Source: an uncultured Chloroflexia bacterium (lineage in GTDB: Bacteria; Chloroflexota; Anaerolineae; JAAYZQ01). Taken from it: a DNA stretch of 64,000 nucleotides. Below the pieces are notes generated by a model, which saw only the letters and a program-made list of their open reading frames with translations, ran no database searches and was not told the origin of the DNA. How positions within the stretch are numbered: position 1 is the first letter of the stretch; each line of letters begins with the position of its first letter. This document shows positions 30,306-38,887 of this stretch, one piece after another. The stretch covers positions 128,001-192,000 of the forward strand of contig CAVOXA010000009.1 in NCBI GenBank assembly GCA_963700285.1, read 5' to 3'. The translations under genes and the position numbers were made by a program.

Positions 30306-30524
30306 GAGAACGAGGGGCGAGGGTACTTGTAGGCCTTTGCCTGCACAGCGACTGTCCAGATCGATGCCTGCCAGCCGGAATTGGCCAAAATCGTTGTCCT
30401 GAGGTAGAATTCAGGAGAGGCGACGCGCCTGCTGCCCAGTAGTTGCATGCGGGTCACGGATGCCCCAATCGGCAGTGGGTAGGCTGCCTCCGAATGATCG
30501 CGAGAATACCAATGGAGTGAGTCG

Positions 30525-31634
30525 ATGATGACCCAGCAAACAGAAATCCTCTTTTCTCCCGCCAGGCTTGGGAGCCTGGAACTGAGAAACCGGCTGGTAC
30601 GTTCGGCTACAGCAGAACAACTGGCGACAGAGCCTGTAGGGCGGGCTACCCCCGCTTTGGCCGCGCTCTACCGCGATCTGGCGCGGGGCGGAGTAGGGCT
30701 GATAATCACGGGCCATGCCTACGTGTCCCCATCAGGCAAGGCGCATCCCGAGATGCTTGGCGTGCACTGCGATGAATTGATCCCCGGTCTGAAAACGCTG
30801 GCTGATGCCGTACATGCCGAGGGGGGCGCGATTGCCATTCAGATCCAGCATGGTGGGCGCCAGTCCACTGAGCATGTTGTACCGGAAACGATAGCTCCCT
30901 CGGCTGTGCCGATGCATTCCGGATCCACACCCCGCGAGATGACACAGGCTGAGATCGTGGAGACCATCGATGCCTTTGGGCAGGCTGCCCGGCGTGCCGA
31001 GCTGGCCGGGATAGATGCCGTACAGGTCCACGCTGCGCACGGCTACTTGATCAGCGAGTTTCTGTCGCCGCATACTAACCACCGTACCGACGTCTGGGGG
31101 GGCGATTTCGAGCGGCGGCTAGCTTTTTTGGGCGCCGTGTGCGAGGCCGTGCGGGGCCAGGTGGGCGCCGATTATCCAATATTCATCAAGCTGGGCATGA
31201 TGGACAACATAGACCAGGTGCCGGATGGATTGACCCCAGAAGACGGTGCCCGCATCGTTGCCCGCCTGGACGATTTCGGGCTGGACGGCGTGGAGGTGAG
31301 CGGCGCCTACGATGGTCCGGGCCGTTTCAACGTCCAGATGGGAGTCGGGACGAAAATCCCAGAAGCCTATTTCCGACCTCTGGCGCGACGCGCCAAAGCG
31401 GCCACAGATCTACCCGTGATGCTTGTAGGAGGACTCCGAAGCCGGAAGGTAATGGATGATGTGCTGGCTTCGGGCGATGCAGATTTCATTTCCCTTTGCC
31501 GCCCCCTTATCCGCGAGCCACACCTGCCGAACCGGCTACGTGCCGGTGAGGCGACGGTGGCTGCCTGCATATCTGGCGGGCGCTGCTGGCCCGAAGGGCT
31601 AGGCCAGGGCATACGCTGCCGGTGTGAGGCATAG
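30525..31634 (+). CDS. NADH:flavin oxidoreductase (old yellow enzyme family)
   Basis: LRNRLVRSAT, GLIITG, QIQHGGRQ, QVHAAHGYLISEFLSPHTNHRTDVWGG, C-terminal Cys cluster. Confidence 0.92.
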   Translation: MMTQQTEILFSPARLGSLELRNRLVRSATAEQLATEPVGRATPALAALYRDLARGGVGLIITGHAYVSPSGKAHPEMLGVHCDELIPGLKTLADAVHAEGGAIAIQIQHGGRQSTEHVVPETIAPSAVPMHSGSTPREMTQAEIVETIDAFGQAARRAELAGIDAVQVHAAHGYLISEFLSPHTNHRTDVWGGDFERRLAFLGAVCEAVRGQVGADYPIFIKLGMMDNIDQVPDGLTPEDGARIVARLDDFGLDGVEVSGAYDGPGRFNVQMGVGTKIPEAYFRPLARRAKAATDLPVMLVGGLRSRKVMDDVLASGDADFISLCRPLIREPHLPNRLRAGEATVAACISGGRCWPEGLGQGIRCRCEA

Positions 31635-31674
31635 GTCGTGTGCTTTTCCCTGTTTGCGTACGTTTTTCAGCGAA

Positions 31675-31703
31675 TTGACAAGGCGGGGAAATGCGAGTAT
31701 AAT
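31675..31703 (+). promoter_or_regulatory. Consensus sigma70 promoter of tRNA-Leu
   Basis: TTGACA, 17 nt, TATAAT, ending 11 nt upstream of the tRNA. Confidence 0.88.
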
Positions 31704-31714
31704 AGTGCCTGCTA

Positions 31715-31800
31715 GCCCCCGTGGCGGAACTGGCATACGCGGCAGGTTGAGGACCTGTGCTCGCAAGGGCGTGGAGGTTCAAATCCTCTCGGGGGCACCA
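31715..31800 (+). tRNA. tRNA-Leu (anticodon GAG)
   Basis: Acceptor stem GCCCCCG/CGGGGGC, anticodon arm GCAGG-TT GAG GA-CCTGT, long variable arm, GGTTCAAATCC T-loop, encoded CCA. Confidence 0.96.
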
Positions 31801-31813
31801 GCGTATTCCGAAC

Positions 31814-31848
31814 AGAGTCTCAGGATCCCTCCTGAGGCTTTGTTTTTT
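31814..31848 (+). terminator. Intrinsic terminator after the tRNA
   Basis: AGAGTCTCAGGA-TCCC-TCCTGAGGCTTT followed by GTTTTTT. It overlaps the stop codon of the convergent gene. Confidence 0.75.
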
Positions 31849-32554
31849 GGTCCAGATCCATTCCGGCCTCGTAGGTTTCTTTTCGAGCGAGGGCCAACCG
31901 GCTACGCGTGGCATGGTTGCAGATCAAAAGGATGAAGGAGGCCATGAACAGCAGGACTGGTATGGTAAGGACAAAGCACAGGGCGATGATCACGGAAAGC
32001 AGCACTGCCAAGGTCAATGAGAAACCCGGGGTGATGATGGTCATCGCCAGGGCGTTGCGTAGGGCAAGCAGTATCTTTTCGCTCTCAAGTTCAAGGATCA
32101 TGGGGAACCAGAATACCTGAACCAGCAACCAGAAGATGCCTACGATAATCCACAGGCTCACGGCAAAGTTGGTCCAGGTACCTTGCAGAGCCAGACCATA
32201 GAATTGGATGTTCGCTACGATAAGGAGCCATACGACGAGGTTCATCAGGGCCACGATTAGGCTTTTCGCCCAGTAGCGCCGGATCCCAACGAAAAACGCG
32301 CTCCAGCCAACGGACTTGCCCCGGCTGATTTGGTTCGTGATGAAACCGAGCGCTCCTGAAACGATGGGCAAGGGCAGGAGCAGCAGAAAGCTCAGGGCCA
32401 GTGCCCAAAGTACATCCACCTCCCTCAGAATGAAGAGTGGTGCAATCGGGAGAAGGACGGCCAGGCTCCACACAAAGTTCAGTACTACCAGTAGCATGAA
32501 TTCGTCCCAGAAATCCTTCAAGCTGAATTTGAGGATCTGCAGTGCGTCTGACAT
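31820..32554 (-). CDS. DUF624/YesL-like membrane protein
   Basis: About six TM helices, starting MSDALQILKF after GGAGGAG. The track's 32701 start crosses the promoters. Confidence 0.7.
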   Translation of the reverse strand: MSDALQILKFSLKDFWDEFMLLVVLNFVWSLAVLLPIAPLFILREVDVLWALALSFLLLLPLPIVSGALGFITNQISRGKSVGWSAFFVGIRRYWAKSLIVALMNLVVWLLIVANIQFYGLALQGTWTNFAVSLWIIVGIFWLLVQVFWFPMILELESEKILLALRNALAMTIITPGFSLTLAVLLSVIIALCFVLTIPVLLFMASFILLICNHATRSRLALARKETYEAGMDLDQKTKPQEGS

Positions 32555-32599
32555 CGCTCCTCCCAGGGCTGGCTGATGCGCGGGCGGTGGCTGGCTCTG

Positions 32600-32628
32600 A
32601 CTATAGCATATCCCGTTCCGGTTGTCAA
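32600..32628 (-). promoter_or_regulatory. Sigma70 promoter of the DUF624-like gene
   Basis: Minus strand reads TTGACA, 17 nt, TG-extended TATAGT. Confidence 0.75.
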
Positions 32629-32680
32629 CGGGCATTTGCCGCGAAAGGCTGGACTCGCCGACGTTGCGACTTGGAAGCGT

Positions 32681-32709
32681 TTGACAACTCTTGGGCAGCA
32701 TGCTATACT
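32681..32709 (+). promoter_or_regulatory. Sigma70 promoter about 290 nt upstream of the ProRS paralog
   Basis: TTGACA, 17 nt, TG-extended TATACT. Confidence 0.8.
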
Positions 32710-33000
32710 TGGTGTGGTCAGTAGGTCAGGACTGGGCTGAGGGGAGAGCTACTGTGTTCTCCCCTTCGTTTTCCTGGTACAACCGTGGCGGGGGGGTATT
32801 AGGGTGTCCTGGGTACTGACTGTTCCATCCTTGGCCACGGTGGTAGCTAGCTTGGGCCGGCTTCTTGTGTGAAATGGTTTCCGGGCGCCTTCTTGGCCTG
32901 GCTCGGCCCACGCGGATAGGGTCCGTTCGGAGGCTGGACTCGAACAAGTTTCGTACCGACTGGTTTGTGGTCAAGATGACCTGATCCCGAGGAGACACTC

Positions 33001-34569
33001 ATGCGCCTTTCCGTGTTATTTGGCAAAACTCTGCGCCAACCACCATCTGACGCCCACCTGCCCAGCCACCAACTTCTGGTACGGGCTGGCTACGTGCGGG
33101 CCGTGGACTCTGGCTTGTTTGCCTATCTGCCCTTGGGCTATCGTGTCTTGAATCGCTTGCAATCGTTGCTTGGGCGTGAACTCCAGGGTCTGAACGGCGA
33201 ACAGGTCAGCCTGCCCACATTGTCGAATGTGGAATCTACGGTGTCTTTGGTCGCGCTTGCGGGCCGGGAAATCGACTCCTATCGCCAGTTGCCCCAGGTG
33301 CTCTACCAGTCTGGGACACACACTATGGCTGAGTCCGGGTCGCGGGCTGGCCTGTTCGGCGCCAGCGAACGCCGTACGGTCGAGATCTTTGCGCTTGGGG
33401 ATGAAGAACTGGCCATCCAAGCGGACATTGCGGCTGCCATCGATGCGTTCCTGGCCGCCTGCGATCTGCAGACGACGTGGGCCCAAGGCGGCGACGGGGA
33501 GCAGCGGGCATACTTTGAGCATCCCGCCGGAGACGAGAACCTGGCAGGCTGTGTTGCCTGCGGCTATGCGGCCGAACGGAGTTGGGCGACCACGGACTGG
33601 CCCGAGATAGTCGACGAGCCGGAATTGCCGACTGAGGAGATCGAGACGCCTGGGTGCAATACCATTGCCAGCCTGGCAGACTTTTTGACTATTTCGCCCG
33701 CCCAGACACTCAAGATGGTGTTCTATTCGGTCGAGGGCCAGGTCACCTGCATCGTCATCCGTGGCGACCGGTCTGTGGACGAGGCCAAGCTGGCGCGCGT
33801 CCTGGGGACTGATTGGTACTATTCCAGCATGGAAGATGAATTGGAGGCGGTGGGGGCTGTGGGTGGCTATGCCTCGCCTATCGGCCTGGATAGTTCCCGC
33901 CTGCGGGTTGTGGCTGATCCGTCTGTGCGTTCTGGCAAGAACTATGTGAGTGGCGCCAACCGGCCAGACTATCACATTCGGAACGTCAATGTTCCCCGGG
34001 ATTTTCTTCCTGGCGAGTGGGCGGACGTGGCGCTGATAGAGTCGGGCGACCCTTGCCCGCGGTGCGGTGGTCCTCTTGAGGTTGGAACGGCTTTTGCCCT
34101 GGCCCACTGCGTGTCCCCAATACCCTGCAACCCGGAAGCCGAGTACTTGGATGTGGAAGGCCGGGGCCAACCCCTCTGGATGGGGAGCTGGCGGTTGGAC
34201 CTGGAACGAGTGCTGGCATCCATCATCGAAGTCAACCACGACGACTATGGAATCATCTGGCCCGCTCCGTGCTCCCCCTATGACGTGCACATGGTCGCTC
34301 TGGATGAGCGCACAGAAGCAGTGGCTGCCCAAGCAGCAGCGCTCTATGACCGGCTCAGAGATGAGGGTTTCTCTATACTCTATGATGACAGGAATGCCAG
34401 TGCAGGGGTCAAGTTTAACGATGCTGACTTGATAGGGATTCCTCTGCGTCTGACAGTCAGCAAGCGATCAGCAAATGAGGGACTCATTGAGGGCAAGTGG
34501 CGCAACAGCGCGGAGCGCCTCAAGCTGGACGAGATTGGCCTAGCCGCTGAGCTGGCCCGCCTTCGGTAG
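33001..34569 (+). CDS. Prolyl-tRNA synthetase paralog with degenerate catalytic core and intact INS editing and anticodon-binding domains
   Basis: N-terminus MRLS.LFGKTLR..SHQLLVRAG, SYRQLP, INS domain (TLKMV, GYASPIG, GAN..DYH) and DDR..AGVKFNDADLIGIP are all present. Class II motifs 2 and 3 are substituted. Confidence 0.85.
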   Translation: MRLSVLFGKTLRQPPSDAHLPSHQLLVRAGYVRAVDSGLFAYLPLGYRVLNRLQSLLGRELQGLNGEQVSLPTLSNVESTVSLVALAGREIDSYRQLPQVLYQSGTHTMAESGSRAGLFGASERRTVEIFALGDEELAIQADIAAAIDAFLAACDLQTTWAQGGDGEQRAYFEHPAGDENLAGCVACGYAAERSWATTDWPEIVDEPELPTEEIETPGCNTIASLADFLTISPAQTLKMVFYSVEGQVTCIVIRGDRSVDEAKLARVLGTDWYYSSMEDELEAVGAVGGYASPIGLDSSRLRVVADPSVRSGKNYVSGANRPDYHIRNVNVPRDFLPGEWADVALIESGDPCPRCGGPLEVGTAFALAHCVSPIPCNPEAEYLDVEGRGQPLWMGSWRLDLERVLASIIEVNHDDYGIIWPAPCSPYDVHMVALDERTEAVAAQAAALYDRLRDEGFSILYDDRNASAGVKFNDADLIGIPLRLTVSKRSANEGLIEGKWRNSAERLKLDEIGLAAELARLR

Positions 34570-34660
34570 CCGGGTCCAGGAATCCTCAAAGACGCAGTGG
34601 TGTCGTGTCGCTCCGCTTGGAGCCTATCGCTCGCAGCACAACGACCATCGGCCGGCAGGC

Positions 34661-35026
34661 ATGAAGCTCTCTTTTTTCGAACAGATATACCAGGTGGCGC
34701 AGCGCATCCCGCGGGGAAAGGTGGCCACTTACGGACAGATCGCCCGCCTGCTGGGCCAGCCGCGCGCGGCCCGAACCGTCGGTTGGGCGCTCCACTCCCT
34801 GCCTGAGGAGAAGGATGTGCCCTGGCAGAGGGTCATCAATTCCCGGGGCAAGGTCAGCCTGGGCGCCGACCGGCATGGGGCCACGCTGCAACGGGCGCTG
34901 CTGGAGGGCGAGGGTGTGGTTCTTGACGAGCAGGGGCGCGTCGATCTGGATGTCTACGGCTGGACTGGTCTGTCCCCATTGGAGATCAGGCAGATCCAGG
35001 AAGGTGTTGGTCACGAGAGCGTGTGA
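34661..35026 (+). CDS. Alkyltransferase-like protein (MGMT family, Atl/YbaZ type)
   Basis: IPRGKVATYGQIA, ARTVGWAL, and PWQRV, where Trp replaces the MGMT PCHRV cysteine. Confidence 0.88.
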   Translation: MKLSFFEQIYQVAQRIPRGKVATYGQIARLLGQPRAARTVGWALHSLPEEKDVPWQRVINSRGKVSLGADRHGATLQRALLEGEGVVLDEQGRVDLDVYGWTGLSPLEIRQIQEGVGHESV

Positions 35027-35207
35027 TTGACATTCCCTCTGCTGTGGCTGCCCGGATGCGGGTCAGCGAATGACGCTTGTTCCAGACCGGTTGCGCTTTT
35101 GGCTCTGGTTTCTGGCGTTGTATTCGCGACAACACGGGCCGGACCGTTGGGCTGGCAGCGACGATCTGTGGTATAATCGCGGCCAGTTTATTTGGAGGTT
35201 GTCCCTT

Positions 35208-35537
35208 GTGAGTAAGCGAAAGAGGCAGAACAGAAGTACGAGCCAGAAGATCCTGTTGTTCATGAGCTTCATCATCGCGGGCAGCATGGTATTTAGCCTG
35301 GTGATTGTCGCCCTGCCGTCGGGACCTGCTTCCTCCCCGACCCCGGTCCCTACCTTGATGCTGAGCCCTTGGCCACCCCCGACGGAGCCATCTGCCCCAA
35401 CCGCTCTCCCGCCAACGTTGACTCCCGAATCCGCGCCAACCCTGGAAATGACCGCGCCGATCATTGGTCCCGCGCTGCCGACCGAGACGCCCACGCTGAC
35501 GGCAACGGTTACACCCACGCTGACAGTATCCGAATAG
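35208..35537 (+). CDS. Small membrane-anchored Pro/Thr-rich protein
   Basis: TG-TATAAT at 35172-77, GGAGG, GTG start; basic N-terminus, one TM helix, PT-rich tail. Confidence 0.65.
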   Translation: MSKRKRQNRSTSQKILLFMSFIIAGSMVFSLVIVALPSGPASSPTPVPTLMLSPWPPPTEPSAPTALPPTLTPESAPTLEMTAPIIGPALPTETPTLTATVTPTLTVSE

Positions 35538-35625
35538 TATGACCTTTTGCCCTGGGGTCTGAGGTGAGGATTGTGGTTCGATTTGCGTGCGGCGTGTCCA
35601 GCACTGTGTGGGAGGGCTCGCCATC

Positions 35626-36111
35626 ATGGCACAGATAATCCACCGCATTCTGGTTCGTAAAGATCTTTGCAGTGGCTGCCGGGCCTGTGAAGTGGCCTGC
35701 GTGGCCCAGCACGAGGGGCGTTTCGGCACAGCGCTGGCTCGCATCCGGGTGACCAAGATAGAGCCCCTGGGCCTGGACCATCCTCATGTTTGCCGCCAGT
35801 GCCTGCGGGCGCCCTGTGCCGGGGCCTGTCCTACGGGGGCCCTGGTCCGGGACGAGATGACCAGTGCTATCCTCATACATCCCGACGACTGTATCGGCTG
35901 TTCGGCCTGCGTGGATGCTTGCCCCTTTGGCGCAGCCAGCCTGCACCCGGAGACCGGAGTGCCGCTGATCTGCGACCTGTGCCAGGGCGATCCTGCCTGC
36001 GTGAAACGCTGTGCAACTGGCGCGATCGTGTATGTCTCCGTGGAGTCGGGGCCGCAGGCAAAGCGGCAGAAGCTGACCATTCAGTACTTTGACGGCGGGA
36101 GTGAGGGGTAG
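35626..36111 (+). CDS. 4Fe-4S ferredoxin subunit (DmsB/AorA-like)
   Basis: CSGCRACEVAC, CRQCLRAPCAGACP, CIGCSACVDACP, CDLCQGDPACVKRC. Confidence 0.92.
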   Translation: MAQIIHRILVRKDLCSGCRACEVACVAQHEGRFGTALARIRVTKIEPLGLDHPHVCRQCLRAPCAGACPTGALVRDEMTSAILIHPDDCIGCSACVDACPFGAASLHPETGVPLICDLCQGDPACVKRCATGAIVYVSVESGPQAKRQKLTIQYFDGGSEG

Positions 36112-36121
36112 AAGGGCGCCC

Positions 36122-37999
36122 ATGTACAGCTATGGCGGCACAATCCTGCGCATCAACCTGACCGACGGTACCGTCGAGCGCCATCCTACCGAGGAAGGGC
36201 TGGCTCGCGCCTACCTGGGCGGCCGGGGGTTGAACGTGAAGCGCCTCTGGGATGAGCTGCCAGCCCACACCGATGGGCTTTCGCCGGAGAATATGCTGGT
36301 CTTTGGCGCAGGGCCTCTGGTTGGTACGACCTTCCCGGGGGGCGCCCGGTTTAACGTCAGCGCCATGTCTCCCCAGACCGGGAATCCTGGGCGACTCGAA
36401 TGCAGGGGGCTTCTGGGGCCCGGAACTCAAGTTTGCCGGCTATGACCAATTGATCATCACGGGCCGCGCGCAACATCCGGTCTACCTCTGGCTCAGGGAC
36501 GATGCTGTTGAGCTGCGGGACGCGAGGGCGCTGTGGGGCAAGGACGTGTGGGAGGCAACGGAAGCCATCCAGCGAGGAACTTGGCGATCCCGATGTCCAG
36601 GTAGCGACCATCGGCCAGGCGGCGGAGAATGGTGTGCGCTTTGCCGGCATTTTTGCGAACCTGAACCGCGCGGCGGCCCGCACGGGCATGGGTACGGTGA
36701 TGGCGTCCAAGAATCTCAAGGCAGTGGCTGTGCGTGGAACCAGGTCCTTTCCGGTGGCCGACATGGCTCGTTTTGGCGCAATCATCGAGCGGCTGGATGC
36801 ACTCATCTACAACCATCCCGAGTACGAGGTCCGCTGCCGGCTCGGCACGACCAAGCTCGTTCGCGCTCTGGACAGCATCGGCGGCCTGCCCACTCGCCAT
36901 TTCCAGCGCGGCCGCTTCGAGGAAGCCGACGCGGTGAGCGGCGAGGCGATTGAGGAACTGTACAAGGTCAAGAGCAAAGCCTGCTTTGCCTGTACCATCC
37001 CCTGCAGCCGTTTCTTGCGTATCGACGATCCGCGCTTCCCCGGCCTGCGCTTGGAGGGACCAGAGTTCGAGCCCCTGGCCGGCTTTACGGCGCGGGTTGG
37101 CAATGACGATCTGGCGCTGGCTCTGAAATGCGTGGACCTGGCCAACCGCTACGGCCTGGATGCCATTACGCTCAGCGAGGTGATCTCCTGGGCGATGGAG
37201 TGCCATCAGCGCGGGCTGTTGTCCCGCCAGGAGGCGGATGGACTGGACCTTGGCTGGGGCAATGGTGAGACGATCCTGGCCCTGATCCACAAGGTGGCCC
37301 ACCGCGAAGGGTTCGGCGACCTGCTGGCCGATGGCGTGAAAAAAGCGGCGGAGCGTCTGGGACGGGGCTCAGACGCGTTTGCCCTGCATGGCAAGGGTCT
37401 GGAGCTGTTCCAGGCAGACGTGCGGAGCATCAAGGCCTATGGTCTGGGCAATGCCGTGTCCAGCCGGGGGGCCGACCACCTGCGCTCGGAGCCCTGGTTC
37501 GAGTTCTCCAACGATCCGGAAGAGGGTATCCGCCGCTATGGCATCCCAGAGACGGCCTTCCGCCTGGAGTACAAGGGCAAGGGTCTGGTGGTCAAGCACT
37601 TTGAAGAGATGGCTGCCATTTCGGACGCCACCGGGGTGTGCAAGAATACCTACAACAACATGGAAGTCCTGGATTGGGATGGCACGGCCGAGCTGCTGCA
37701 GGCGGCCACCGGCTGGGACATGAGCGGCGAGGAGAGTACGGCAGATCGGCGAGCGCATTGTGAATCTGGAGCGGCTTTTCATCGCCCGCGAAGGCATCAC
37801 CCGCAAAGACGACACGCTGCCCGGCCGATTTCTGTCGGAGCCGCTGCCTGAGGGAAGTGGTCCCAGTACCGGGTCGATCCTGGAATTGGCCCCCATGTTG
37901 GACGAGTACTACCAAGCCCGGGGCTGGGACTTGGACACTGGCCTGCCGGCTGAAGAGAAACTAAGGGAGCTGGGGCTGTTGGCACCGGGAAGCGGCTGA
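36122..37999 (+). CDS. aor: Aldehyde:ferredoxin oxidoreductase (AOR family, W/Mo-pterin); three apparent 1-nt insertions near 36380, 36573 and 37735
   Basis: Fragments join into one AOR: ILRINLT..YLGGRG, DSNAGG..GPELKFAGYD, AARTGMGTVMASKNLKA, CFACTIPC, EGPEFE, RGADHL, DDTLPGRF, EYYQARGWD. Confidence 0.88.
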
Positions 38000-38117
38000 C
38001 CCCTGCAGCGCTGTCAAAAGCGCGCGGGGCAGGAGAACGGCCGCGCTGGCGGTTTCCAGCCGGGAAAGCGCGCCCGACGTGAAGGCGGGCGAGAGAGACA
38101 ATCTGGAGATCCTTTTC

Positions 38118-38774
38118 ATGTACGAACTGAAGGTAAGCGTGACCAAAGTTCTGGGGACATGCACTGCCGAGCCACCAATGGCACCGGGAGACCATTTTAC
38201 CGTGTGCGACGGAAGCATCAGGATTCCCGAGGGCGGCTACATCTGTCTCTATGCCTTGCAGAGTCTCATACCGCTCATCACGCCCAAGGAGCGAGAGATC
38301 GCTGAAGAAAGAGATCGGGACTGGATGTGGCGCGTACACCATGCCCAGTGCCCGGACCCGAACGGACGTGTGATCTTGAAGATCGAACGGACAGGCAAGT
38401 TGAAGGAAGGGCGTACGGGTGCTGAGCAACCGGGCGCCGCTCAGGGTGTCAGCTTGGGCCAGATTTCGGTGAACGAGTCAGGCGGGCTCCACGATCTGCG
38501 CGTTGTTGTGGAGGAGGTCAAAGGCAAGTGTACCTCGGGGATGAGCCCGGGGGACTATTTTGTCCTGCGCAGCGGCCGGCTCTACCTTCCCGCGGGCCGC
38601 CACTTTTGTCTCTATGCCTTGCAGGCGGCCCTGCCGCTTTTGCCGGCCAAACAGCGTCCTCTGGAGGATGGGGACTGGCTGAAGGCGGACAGCCACGTCA
38701 TCTGTCCCGATCCGGCAGGCAATGTCATCATGCGTATCGAGCCAATCTCGGGGTCTATGCAAACTGATGGTTGA
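38118..38774 (+). CDS. Tandem two-domain TIGR04076-like protein
   Basis: Two copies of V..V.G.C...M.PGD.F...CLYALQ..P.....W....CPDP.G.V...IE. Confidence 0.75.
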   Translation: MYELKVSVTKVLGTCTAEPPMAPGDHFTVCDGSIRIPEGGYICLYALQSLIPLITPKEREIAEERDRDWMWRVHHAQCPDPNGRVILKIERTGKLKEGRTGAEQPGAAQGVSLGQISVNESGGLHDLRVVVEEVKGKCTSGMSPGDYFVLRSGRLYLPAGRHFCLYALQAALPLLPAKQRPLEDGDWLKADSHVICPDPAGNVIMRIEPISGSMQTDG

Positions 38775-38887
38775 GATCTGGTGGTCGAGGTTTGGCATCG
38801 ATGGCGCAAAAAGCCAACGGCTGGAGCCACAGCTTTCATCCTGCCCGGCCTGTGACGTACCGCCGCGGCTTTGCCCATCGATGTAGG

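Noticed and set aside
12424-31800. Glycan operon as a tRNA-Leu-integrated genomic island
   Set aside because: The operon lies 5' of the tRNA, and I found no duplicated tRNA 3' end and no adjacent integrase.
32716-33000. T-box riboswitch upstream of the proS-like gene
   Set aside because: No recognisable T-box antiterminator or specifier stem; kept only as an unexplained leader.
26671-34332. Long antisense ORFs (e.g. 26671-27810, 29546-30457, 33016-34332) as real genes
   Set aside because: They are shadow ORFs opposite well-supported genes in GC-rich DNA, with no recognisable motifs or RBS.
34661-35026. MGMT with a mutated catalytic Cys as a novelty
   Set aside because: PWxRV defines the already described alkyltransferase-like (ATL) family.
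38000-38117. Moco/Tuco riboswitch in the hairpin-rich spacer after aor
   Set aside because: Hairpins are present but I cannot match the motif consensus, and GC-rich DNA forms such stems easily.
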